Below are positions 1-8,132 of a stretch of 46,391 bases of DNA, piece after piece (position 1 is the first letter of the stretch; the number at the start of each line of letters is the position of its first letter). The stretch covers positions 1 through 46,391 of the forward strand of contig JAHJHC010000114.1 in assembly GCA_018824145.1 (NCBI GenBank), in the 5' to 3' direction. The position numbers were made by a program, and so were the translations under genes. This DNA comes from Candidatus Omnitrophota bacterium (lineage in GTDB: Bacteria > Omnitrophota > Gorgyraeia > Gorgyraeales > Gorgyraeaceae). The notes beneath the pieces were generated by a model that saw nothing but the letters and a program-made list of their open reading frames with translations, made no database searches and was not told the origin of the DNA.

Positions 1-519
1 TGAACCTGTAAGATAAATCTTCTTGATGTCTTTTTTCTCCGTTCCTATACATTGAAAAATCGCGCTGTGCTCGCTGTCAACAGGTAATATCTCTACATTA
101 TTCTTCTTTATCTTCTTCATAATAATATCACCTGCCATCACCAGCGCCTCTTTATTTGCCAGCGCAATTTTTTTTACTTTGCTAACTGCAGTCAATATCG
201 GGAGAAGTGCGGATGCGCCTACGATACCGACTATAAGCGTATCTACGCTTATATCTTCCAGCATATTGCATAAGCCGGTTTCACCTTCATAGAGCTTTAT
301 CTTTTTTTTCTTCAACTTCTCTCTTATCTCTCTTGCCTTCTCAATATCGACCACACTGACAGCCTTGGGACGGAATTTATCTATCTGCTTTAATAATAAT
401 CCTATATTGGAGTGAGTAGAGAGGAGAGATACGTTGAATTTATCAGGGAACATGGAAATGACATCGAGGGCGTTTGTACCTATTGATCCTGTTGATCCTA
501 ATAGAGCTATTCTTTGCAT
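1..519 (-). CDS. dxr: 1-deoxy-D-xylulose 5-phosphate reductoisomerase (3' part runs off window)
   Basis: Read manually on minus strand from ATG at 519: MQRIALLGSTGSIGTNALDVI...LANKEALVMAG...PVDSEHSAIFQC...ILYLTGS-like end; classic DXR motifs; follows uppS-cdsA. Confidence 0.95.
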   Translation of the reverse strand, partial: MQRIALLGSTGSIGTNALDVISMFPDKFNVSLLSTHSNIGLLLKQIDKFRPKAVSVVDIEKAREIREKLKKKKIKLYEGETGLCNMLEDISVDTLIVGIVGASALLPILTAVSKVKKIALANKEALVMAGDIIMKKIKKNNVEILPVDSEHSAIFQCIGTEKKDIKKIYLTGS

Positions 520-525
520 ATGGTT

Positions 526-1341
526 TTAACGGAACATTACAATAGTTATGTATATATAAAAAATAGGCGCTGTGAAAAGGATGCTATCGATCACATCCAA
601 CATGCCTCCCAGGCCCGGGAGAAAAGGACTCGAATCCTTTACCCTGTAATCCCGCTTTACAAGACTTTCAGCCAGATCTCCGAGCTGGGCAAAGATACCG
701 ATCAGGATCCCGCTTATCAATATGACACTAAATGACAACCAGCTTAAAAAAGACCTGCTGATTAAAGCGAAAAGTATACTGAATAAAAATCCTCCCAATG
801 CACCTTCCACACTCTTCTTCGGACTTATTCTGGGAATAAGGGGATGCTTGCCGAATTTTGACCCGACCAGATATGCGCCGATGTCCCCTGCCTTTGTTAC
901 CAATAATAAATACGCCACTAACTTATGTCCATTTTCCAGAAAACGTATCTTTACAAGGAACGTAAAAAACCACCCGACGTAAAAAATGCCGAAGAGGGTC
1001 AGGGCGATCAATGTTACTGCATTCTGATTTTCTTTCCTCGTAAACTGTATAAGAAAAAGCACAATCAAAACTAAGATAAAAAATAATGCCTCCCATATAC
1101 CTCCGGCCGGCTTATAGGAATATGTAATATACGGAAGGAGTATCCCGGAAAACATACCAAGATATATAAAGCTACGGGGGAAAACAACAGTCTTTGAATT
1201 GAGCTTAAAAAATTCATATAGCCCTATACCTATAAATATCGAAGAGACAATACTGAATGTCCAGATGGGAAGCAGGAATATCGTTATGATGGTGATGAGT
1301 ATCAGTATTATCGAGGTAAGGCTGCGTCTGGCTATATTCAC
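526..1341 (-). CDS. cdsA: Phosphatidate cytidylyltransferase
   Basis: Multi-TM protein; DIGAYLVG...ISPKKSVEG...GDLAESLVKR...KDSS..LPGLGGMLDVIDS signature. Confidence 0.95.
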   Translation of the reverse strand: MNIARRSLTSIILILITIITIFLLPIWTFSIVSSIFIGIGLYEFFKLNSKTVVFPRSFIYLGMFSGILLPYITYSYKPAGGIWEALFFILVLIVLFLIQFTRKENQNAVTLIALTLFGIFYVGWFFTFLVKIRFLENGHKLVAYLLLVTKAGDIGAYLVGSKFGKHPLIPRISPKKSVEGALGGFLFSILFALISRSFLSWLSFSVILISGILIGIFAQLGDLAESLVKRDYRVKDSSPFLPGLGGMLDVIDSILFTAPIFYIYITIVMFR

Positions 1342-2033
1342 TTCCCGAACTTCCTTTCTCTTTTCTGATATTCCTCTATTGCATCCTTTAGATCCGATTC
1401 ATTAAAATCAGGCCAGAGCTTCTCGGTTACATAGATCTCAGCATAAGAGATCTGCCACAGTAGAAAATTTGACACACGCATCTGGCCGCTGGTACGGATC
1501 AAAAGGTCAGGATCAGGGCAATCTTTCGTATAAAGATATTCGGAAAAAAGTTTCTCGTCTATTTCAGAGGGTTCTATAGTGCCTTTTCTTGCTAGTTCTG
1601 ACAATGTCTTTGCAGCCCTAACGATCTCCTGCCGGGCACCATAACTTAATGCAATATTTAACATAAGACTTTTATTATCTATAGTATCTTTTTCAGCCTG
1701 TTCTATTTTTTTTCTCAATGGCGTTTCTATTCTTTCCCTTTCGCCGATTATACATAGCCTTACGTTGTTCTCATGAAAAAGCTGCATCTGGGTGCTTAAA
1801 AAATCATCTAACAATCCGAAAAGTGCTTTCACTTCACTCTTCACCCGCTGCCAATTTTCAGCGGAGAAGGCGTAGAGCGTTAAATATTTAACCCCGAATT
1901 TTATAGCGGCAGAAATAATCTTTTTTACAGTCTCTGTCCCTTGCCTGTGTCCCATTATTTTAGGCAGGCCCTTATTTCTCGCCCACCTGCCATTCCCATC
2001 CATTATTATTGCTATGTGTTGCGGGACATTCAT
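1338..2033 (-). CDS. uppS: Undecaprenyl diphosphate synthase (isoprenyl transferase)
   Basis: PQHIAIIMDGNGRWA, FSAENWQR, DPDLLIRTSGQMRVSNFLLWQISYAE. Start reassigned to ATG 2033 (MNVPQH); the longer ORF runs through an upstream hairpin. Confidence 0.95.
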   Translation of the reverse strand: MNVPQHIAIIMDGNGRWARNKGLPKIMGHRQGTETVKKIISAAIKFGVKYLTLYAFSAENWQRVKSEVKALFGLLDDFLSTQMQLFHENNVRLCIIGERERIETPLRKKIEQAEKDTIDNKSLMLNIALSYGARQEIVRAAKTLSELARKGTIEPSEIDEKLFSEYLYTKDCPDPDLLIRTSGQMRVSNFLLWQISYAEIYVTEKLWPDFNESDLKDAIEEYQKRERKFGK

Positions 2034-2063
2034 ACTCAAGTTATCTCTACTGCTAATAAATAA

Positions 2064-2101
2064 AAACGCGAATGTGGCTATAAAAAACACGATTCGCGTT
2101 T
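2064..2101. repeat. Intergenic hairpin AAACGCGAAT(GTG)...(CAC)GATTCGCGTTT
   Basis: 10-bp perfect stem plus bulged 3-bp extension; shares the ATTCGCGTT motif with 12592-12677. Confidence 0.6.
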
Positions 2102-2136
2102 CTATGTATACGGTTAAATTTTAATTCCACACGAGC

Positions 2137-2493
2137 CTATTCAATTGCGACAGTATCAGATATATCAGCAGTAACAGATGCATCTTGAGTCTTCAGCGCT
2201 GCATCAAGTTTGGTCTTAAAAGTCACCACTTCTTTTCTTACGGTATCTAAAGAAGATTGTAACTCTCTAACCCGCTTTACCTCTTCACTGTATCTAATAT
2301 TGGACTCGGATAACTGCGCCGCCAACTCTGCTACTCGCCTATCAAGACTTACTGCCCTTGCCTTTTCAATGTTTAGTTGCGTAGCGCTGCCTTGAAGTTG
2401 TGTAGTACTGACTATCGAATTCACAGCGAGAACTATACAAATCAAACTCATTGCAATTGGGATAACCACTGAATAAAATCTATTTTTATCCAT
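2137..2493 (-). CDS. Hypothetical protein, one N-terminal TM helix plus coiled coil
   Basis: RBS GGAGG upstream; hydrophobic VVIPIAMSLICIVLAV then heptad-like helix. Confidence 0.75.
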   Translation of the reverse strand: MDKNRFYSVVIPIAMSLICIVLAVNSIVSTTQLQGSATQLNIEKARAVSLDRRVAELAAQLSESNIRYSEEVKRVRELQSSLDTVRKEVVTFKTKLDAALKTQDASVTADISDTVAIE

Positions 2494-2501
2494 ATTCCTC
2501 C

Positions 2502-3233
2502 CTATTTTTTGTATTTTTTCAACCGCTTTTCGATTTCCCTTTTTCTCTCTACTATTTTCTCTATATCTGCCTGGATCTTTTCTATATTCTTGGGAAGTAT
2601 GACCAGCTCGACCCGCCTGTTTTGCCTGCGGCCGTCAGGTGTGTCATTAGACGATACAGGTCTATACTCGCCATAACCAGTAGCAGATACCCTCCTTGGC
2701 TCTATGCCCCGTTCATCCACTATATAATGAAGCACGCTTGTAGCCCTTGAAGTAGAGAGTTCCCAATTCGATTTCCATCCGGAATGTTTTATCGGCTCAT
2801 TATCGGTATGGCCTTCTATCCCTATCTCCCGCTCACCGATATTTTCTTTAAGCACCTTTGCTACTTTATCCAGGACCCCGAATGCATCTTCTTTTATCTT
2901 CGCCTTGCCAGAGTCAAAAAGCACCTCTGTCAGAAATATAATGGCGAGCCCTTTTTCTGCCATCTCAACACGCACTTCTTTTTCTCCTATTTCCTTGGAT
3001 AACTTCTTTTCCAGAAGCACTTTTGCCTTTTCTAGCTCTGATATTTCAGTCTCTTTTTCCTGCTGGAGTTTTTCTAATCTGGCATTCAATGCCTCGATCT
3101 CATTATTAAGAGATTGTATCTTTTCTATATCGCTCCGTCGGCCGCTTTGGAATGTCACAGAACATCCGGAAGTTATCAGGGAAAGAAAAACTATAAAAGA
3201 TATAAAATAGAACGACTTTTTTCCAGGTCTCAT
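2502..3233 (-). CDS. OmpA/MotB-family peptidoglycan-binding lipoprotein with coiled coil
   Basis: Lipobox-like ITSGC; VLFDSGKA, IEGHTDN, NWELSTSRA, GYGEYRP, NRRVEL; RBS AGGAGG. Confidence 0.9.
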   Translation of the reverse strand: MRPGKKSFYFISFIVFLSLITSGCSVTFQSGRRSDIEKIQSLNNEIEALNARLEKLQQEKETEISELEKAKVLLEKKLSKEIGEKEVRVEMAEKGLAIIFLTEVLFDSGKAKIKEDAFGVLDKVAKVLKENIGEREIGIEGHTDNEPIKHSGWKSNWELSTSRATSVLHYIVDERGIEPRRVSATGYGEYRPVSSNDTPDGRRQNRRVELVILPKNIEKIQADIEKIVERKREIEKRLKKYKK

Positions 3234-3258
3234 ATCTGAACCTCCTGTTTTTTTCTTT

Positions 3259-3287
3259 ACTATAATACGCTAAGCGTACAAAGTCAA
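3259..3287 (-). promoter_or_regulatory. Putative sigma70 promoter of the OmpA-family gene
   Basis: TTGACT (3287-3282)-N17-TATAGT (3264-3259). Confidence 0.6.
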
Positions 3288-3319
3288 TTAAAAATTTGCA
3301 ATTGCAAATTTTTAATTGA
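3284..3319. repeat. Perfect 36-bp palindrome TCAATTAAAAATTTGCAA|TTGCAAATTTTTAATTGA
   Basis: Checked base by base; no loop. Confidence 0.9.
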
Positions 3320-3533
3320 TCCTGAGGAGTCCGCCGCGGCGGACAACGAAGGATCTCTATTAAAATCTGCCCTTGGCAAATTCTTATTGATCCTGATCCG
3401 CCTCAGGCGGAGAAGTATCTTTAATGAGATCCTTCGTCGCTTCGCCCCGTACCGAAAATCTTAATATATTAATACTTTCGGTACGGGGCTTCGCTCCTCA
3501 GGATGATTTGTCGGGAATTTTCCCGACAAATCA
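3319..3533. repeat. Composite nested REP-like element (ATCCTGAG..GAAGGATCTC / GAGATCCTTCG..CTCAGGATGA family) with inserted hairpins
   Basis: Arms 3319-3357 and 3426-3506; partial second copy 3386-3420; inner 14-bp hairpin 3444-3489; terminal hairpin 3504-3533. Confidence 0.8.
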
Positions 3534-5621
3534 CTTGATAAAACTGTTACTTATTATAAACGACGCAAAGACAATCGAGACCATTGACATCAACTTTATC
3601 AAAATATTCAATGAAGGACCCGAAGTATCTTTAAAAGGGTCTCCTACTGTATCGCCGACTACTGCTGCTTTATGGCTAAAAGAACCCTTGCCGCCCTCTT
3701 CACCTTTTTCAATATATTTTTTTGCATTATCCCACGTCCCGCCTGAATTAGCCATCATTACTGCCAACGTAAAACCAGAAACGAGCGCCCCCACTAAAAG
3801 CCCAAATCCTGCCTCAATACCCATTACAATCCCTACGACAATCGGGGCTAAAAGTGCCAAAAGTGACGGGAGTATCATTTCTTTCTGCGCACTTTTAGTG
3901 ACAATAGTAACACACTTTGCATAGTCTGGTTCGCATTTATATTCCATCAAACCTTTTATCTCTCTGAATTGTCTCCTTACCTCCTGGACGATACTTGCAG
4001 CAGCCCTACCGACTGCACTCATAGTAAACGAACAGAAAGCAAACGGAAGCATCCCTCCTATAAAAAGACCGGCTAAGAGCCGCGGATTCATTAGATCTGT
4101 ATTTAGAGACTTTCCTAATAAATGGATGTGCTCTCTGTAAGCAGCTATCAATGCCAGGGCTGAAAGTGCAGCAGAGCCTATTGCAAACCCCTTGCCAGTA
4201 GCAGCAGTTGTATTCCCCAATGCGTCTAACGCATCTGTGCGCTCACGTACCTCTGGAGGCTGATGAGTCATCTCTGCATTCCCTCCGGCATTGTCTGCCA
4301 CAGGCCCGTATGCATCTGTTGCCAGGGTAATGCCTAACGTGCTAAGCATGCCCACACTAGCTATACCGACACCGTAAAGCCCGAGATTAAAATCCCTTGC
4401 CCCTCCTGAAAGATAAAAGCTGCAAAGTATGGCTGCTGCCACCACTACAACCGGGACTATAGTAGAGCACATACCTACAGATAAACCACTTATAATTACA
4501 GTAGCCGGCCCCGTGGACGCGGACTTTGCTACATTACGGGTAGGTGAATATTTATCAGAAGTAAAATACTCTGTAGAAAGTCCCATTATAATCCCTGCTA
4601 TTAGACCTGACAAAACTGCCCAATATACCCCTATAAATTCCATGCCTAACACAAATCTTACGACAAAAAATGACGCGATTGCAATCAGAGTAGCACTTGT
4701 AAAAATCCCTTTCCTTAATGCCATAAGAAGCACGTGCTGGTCAGCCTTTTCTTCGGAACGCACAAAAAAAGTACCCACAAGACTCGCAATAACTCCGACT
4801 GCTGCCATTACCATAGGTATAGTAATACCCTTTAAGCTCTTTCCGTATTGTATAAATGCAGCTGACCCAAGTGCCATTGTAGCAACAATAGATCCCACAT
4901 AAGATTCATATAAATCAGCTCCCATACCTGCAACGTCACCGACATTATCGCCTACATTATCAGCAATCACTGCCGGATTACGCGGGTCGTCTTCGGGGAT
5001 ACCTGCCTCAACTTTACCGACGAGGTCTGCGCCGACATCCGCTGCCTTAGTAAAGATCCCTCCTCCTACCCTTGCAAAAAGCGCCATGAAGCTGGCTCCC
5101 ATTCCAAAATTCAACATGGTGCTTGTTATATTCTGAATCCTTACAGCCTCATCAAGACCCCTATAATACCAGTCCAGAAAATAATACCATATACTCAAAT
5201 CCAAGAGTCCAAGTCCCACCACCATAAGTCCCATTACAGCACCGCTTGAAAACGCAACTTGAAGGGCCCTGTTTAGACTGCTCTTAGCGGCATTTGCGGT
5301 CCTGGAACTTGACCTCGTAGAAACGCTCATCCCTATAAATCCGCAAAGCCCTGAAAAAAATCCGCCTGTCAAAAATGCAAACGGGACGAAAATTATAAGG
5401 TAGCCTCTCAGATATAATATAAATAATATGGAAAATACTATTGCAAAGAACAGGCCTACCACCATATACTGCCTTTTAATATACGCGTATGCGCCTTCTC
5501 TTACACAATCTGCAATCTTCTTCATCTCTATGCTTCCCTCATCATAACGCATTATCTTCCAGATTAGAAAAACAGCAAAAAGTATTGCTATTAATGATCC
5601 TATAGGTGCTAGTAATAACAT
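3531..5621 (-). CDS. hppA: Membrane-integral K+-dependent cation-translocating pyrophosphatase (probably Na+ or Na+,H+ type)
   Basis: GGGIFTKAADVGADLVGKVE, EDDPRNPAVIADNVGDNVGD, GNTTAA (Ala = K+-dependent), GDTVGDPFKD; start ATG 5621 or TTG 5624. Confidence 0.95.
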   Translation of the reverse strand: MLLLAPIGSLIAILFAVFLIWKIMRYDEGSIEMKKIADCVREGAYAYIKRQYMVVGLFFAIVFSILFILYLRGYLIIFVPFAFLTGGFFSGLCGFIGMSVSTRSSSRTANAAKSSLNRALQVAFSSGAVMGLMVVGLGLLDLSIWYYFLDWYYRGLDEAVRIQNITSTMLNFGMGASFMALFARVGGGIFTKAADVGADLVGKVEAGIPEDDPRNPAVIADNVGDNVGDVAGMGADLYESYVGSIVATMALGSAAFIQYGKSLKGITIPMVMAAVGVIASLVGTFFVRSEEKADQHVLLMALRKGIFTSATLIAIASFFVVRFVLGMEFIGVYWAVLSGLIAGIIMGLSTEYFTSDKYSPTRNVAKSASTGPATVIISGLSVGMCSTIVPVVVVAAAILCSFYLSGGARDFNLGLYGVGIASVGMLSTLGITLATDAYGPVADNAGGNAEMTHQPPEVRERTDALDALGNTTAATGKGFAIGSAALSALALIAAYREHIHLLGKSLNTDLMNPRLLAGLFIGGMLPFAFCSFTMSAVGRAAASIVQEVRRQFREIKGLMEYKCEPDYAKCVTIVTKSAQKEMILPSLLALLAPIVVGIVMGIEAGFGLLVGALVSGFTLAVMMANSGGTWDNAKKYIEKGEEGGKGSFSHKAAVVGDTVGDPFKDTSGPSLNILIKLMSMVSIVFASFIISNSFIK

Positions 5622-5638
5622 CAATCCTCCATTTCTTC

Positions 5639-6871
5639 CTAAGATATTCTAAATGCCTGATTTCTCTTTGACCCTACTGAAACCATGCCTATCTTTACTT
5701 TAGTAATTTCAGCCAGACGCTCGAGGTATGCTCTTGCTTTCTTTGGAAGGTCCCTATATCTTGTAACACTGCCTGTATCCTGGAGCCATCCTTTATGTTC
5801 TTCGTATAAAGGCTTACCATTGTACAAGACATCTATATCTGCCGGAAAATCTTCATATATCTTTCCCTTATATTTATATCCGATACAAATCTTTATATCT
5901 TTCATCTCATCCAGGACATCAAGTTTCGTAACCGCCACTTCGGTGAGTCCATTCACTCCCACAGCATGCCTCACAATCAAGGCATCAAACCATCCGCATC
6001 TCCTAGGCCTTCCGGTAGTAGCGCCAAACTCTTTACCTTTACACCTTATTTTTTCCATAAGGGATTTGTTAAACTCTGTGGGAAAAGGGCCTTCGCCTAC
6101 TCTAGTAGTATATGCCTTTACCACACCTATAACCTTACTTATCTTGGTAGGGCCTACACCCGTACCAGTCAAAGCACCTCCTGCAGTAGCACTAGAAGAT
6201 GTAACATACGGATAGGTACCATGGTCTATGTCTAAAAGTGTCCCTTGTGCGCCCTCGAATAAAATCTTTTTATTTTTATCTATAGCCCTGTTTAACACTA
6301 AGGACACGTCAGCAAGGTATCCCTTTAACCTTCTACCATAATTTAAATACATCCTGTATATCTTTTCAAAATCAAATTCTACGGAATCCTCTAAATTCGC
6401 CTTTAATTTCCGCTTAAGTAAATCCCTGTTTACCAAATCTATCATGCGGATGCCGCACCGCGCCATCTTATCCACATAACAAGGGCCAATACCCCTTCCG
6501 GTAGTCCCAATCTTTGCGCCGCGCCTTTTATCTATAATTTTGTGATAGGGAAAAATTACATGAGCTGCCTGGCTAATCAAGAGATTCCCATCAACCTTAA
6601 TGCCTTTTTTTCTAAGCATACTGATTTCATTTAAAAGTGCTAATGGATCTATAACTAAACCGTTCCCTATAACACATAATTTCCCTTTATGCAGGATCCC
6701 TGAAGGCACAAGATGTAATATAAATTCTCTATCTCCCACGACAACAGTATGCCCTGCATTATTACCGCCCTGATACCTGACAATTATATCAATATCCTGC
6801 GCAAGTATATCTATTATCTTGCCCTTACCTTCATCTCCCCATTGCGCACCTACTACGATTGTACAGGACAT
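5639..6871 (-). CDS. purA: Adenylosuccinate synthetase
   Basis: QWGDEGKGK, GGNNAGHT, GTTGRGIGP, FEGAQG, EFGATTGRPRRCGWFD, TKLDVL. Confidence 0.97.
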   Translation of the reverse strand: MSCTIVVGAQWGDEGKGKIIDILAQDIDIIVRYQGGNNAGHTVVVGDREFILHLVPSGILHKGKLCVIGNGLVIDPLALLNEISMLRKKGIKVDGNLLISQAAHVIFPYHKIIDKRRGAKIGTTGRGIGPCYVDKMARCGIRMIDLVNRDLLKRKLKANLEDSVEFDFEKIYRMYLNYGRRLKGYLADVSLVLNRAIDKNKKILFEGAQGTLLDIDHGTYPYVTSSSATAGGALTGTGVGPTKISKVIGVVKAYTTRVGEGPFPTEFNKSLMEKIRCKGKEFGATTGRPRRCGWFDALIVRHAVGVNGLTEVAVTKLDVLDEMKDIKICIGYKYKGKIYEDFPADIDVLYNGKPLYEEHKGWLQDTGSVTRYRDLPKKARAYLERLAEITKVKIGMVSVGSKRNQAFRIS

Positions 6872-6880
6872 AAAGACTCC

Positions 6881-8113
6881 CTACGGATTCACTGTCAAAA
6901 TCTTTTCTGATATAAGCGGATATCTGGCTATAAAACCAAGTTCTTTATGAGTAAGGGGTTTCTGTGTGTGTACATTAGCGTATCTCACCAACTCAAGGAT
7001 TCTTGTAGCCTCTTTATCATCCTTGAATTTAATCTCGAGTTTCTCATATACATTTCTGAAACCCTTGATCCCGCTATATTCGCCTGCGGTGATCTGTCTG
7101 CCTGTCTCAATAATCTCCGGCTCGCCCCGTCCTAACTCTTCAAAATCATAAAGTTCATAGTTGCGTCTATCCTTCAAGGCACCGTCTGCGTGGATACCGC
7201 TCTCATGCGCAAAGGCATTTGCGCCGACACCCGGCTGATTTATAGGTATAGGTACACCAAAGGCATATGAAGCGTATTTAGCAATCTTCCAGGCATTGTC
7301 CAGCTTGACCCTTTCATCAATATAGTATTTATCCCTGAACCCACTCGAATATTTTATTGCAAGTATTACAGAAACAAGGTCTGCGTTTCCAGCCCTTTCT
7401 CCCATACCGTTTACAGTAGTATTTATATATGCATCACACCCAGCGTCAATCGCTGCCTTTGCACCGCTGATAGAGCACGCCACTACCATACCGAGGTCAT
7501 TATGACAATGCAGCTCTATAGGCAAGTTCACTTCACTTGCAAGGATATTGACCCTCTTATAAATCGAAAAAGGGTCGTCATAACCAAGTGTATCGCAATA
7601 TCTAATCCTATCCGCTCCATGGTCTTTTGCTGCCTTTGCAAATTTTATTAGATACCGCATGTCAGTCCTTGATGCATCCTCTGCGTTCACGCCTACAATC
7701 TTTAACTTTCTTTTTCTGGCATAGTCCACTGCCTTAGTCATCATCAATAAGACATCGTCTCTCGTCTTTTTCCCCAGAAATTTTCCACTCGTCATCTGTT
7801 CAGACGTAGATATAGAAAGATTCAAATTTTCCACGTCTGTCAGTTCTACTGCCTTTTTTACATCTTCCTTAATAGCCCTCACCCAACCATTAAGGGCAAT
7901 CGGCTTTAAGACACCTTTACGGGCAAGCTCCAAATTGGCATTCAAATAATTAGTCTCGTGACGCGTAACAGGAAAACCAAACTCGCTCCCATATATCCCC
8001 ATCTCATTTAACATAAGATTTATCATGGTCTTCTGGAGCTTAGCGAGTCCCAATCTGGAGGTCTGTACGCCATCCCTGTTGGTTACATCGATGATATATA
8101 TCTTGTTTTTCAT
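6881..8113 (-). CDS. DRE-TIM metallolyase of the homocitrate/isopropylmalate synthase family, probable Re-citrate synthase
   Basis: DVTNRDGVQT (variant of DTTLRDGEQ), HCHNDLG, NGMGERAGNA, FAHESGIHADG; no LeuA regulatory domain. Confidence 0.8.
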   Translation of the reverse strand: MKNKIYIIDVTNRDGVQTSRLGLAKLQKTMINLMLNEMGIYGSEFGFPVTRHETNYLNANLELARKGVLKPIALNGWVRAIKEDVKKAVELTDVENLNLSISTSEQMTSGKFLGKKTRDDVLLMMTKAVDYARKRKLKIVGVNAEDASRTDMRYLIKFAKAAKDHGADRIRYCDTLGYDDPFSIYKRVNILASEVNLPIELHCHNDLGMVVACSISGAKAAIDAGCDAYINTTVNGMGERAGNADLVSVILAIKYSSGFRDKYYIDERVKLDNAWKIAKYASYAFGVPIPINQPGVGANAFAHESGIHADGALKDRRNYELYDFEELGRGEPEIIETGRQITAGEYSGIKGFRNVYEKLEIKFKDDKEATRILELVRYANVHTQKPLTHKELGFIARYPLISEKILTVNP

Positions 8114-8132
8114 AATAGCTCCTTGATTCAGC

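Noticed and set aside
2502-3233. Flagellar stator MotB
   Set aside because: Lipobox rather than the Asp-containing TM helix; no motA or flagellar genes nearby
3284-3533. CRISPR array, tRNA or riboswitch in the structured intergenic regions
   Set aside because: No regularly spaced direct repeats with unique spacers, no cas genes, no cloverleaf or known aptamer; dispersed homologous copies fit REP-like repeats better (no Rfam scan run)
3504-3533. Rho-independent terminator for hppA
   Set aside because: The hairpin overlaps the stop codon and has no U-tract on the minus strand; treated as part of the repeat composite
3424-3924. 166-aa plus-strand ORF
   Set aside because: Starts inside the palindrome stack and runs antisense to hppA; no recognisable motifs
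6881-8113. nifV / nitrogen fixation marker
   Set aside because: No nif genes nearby and the motif variant differs from NifV
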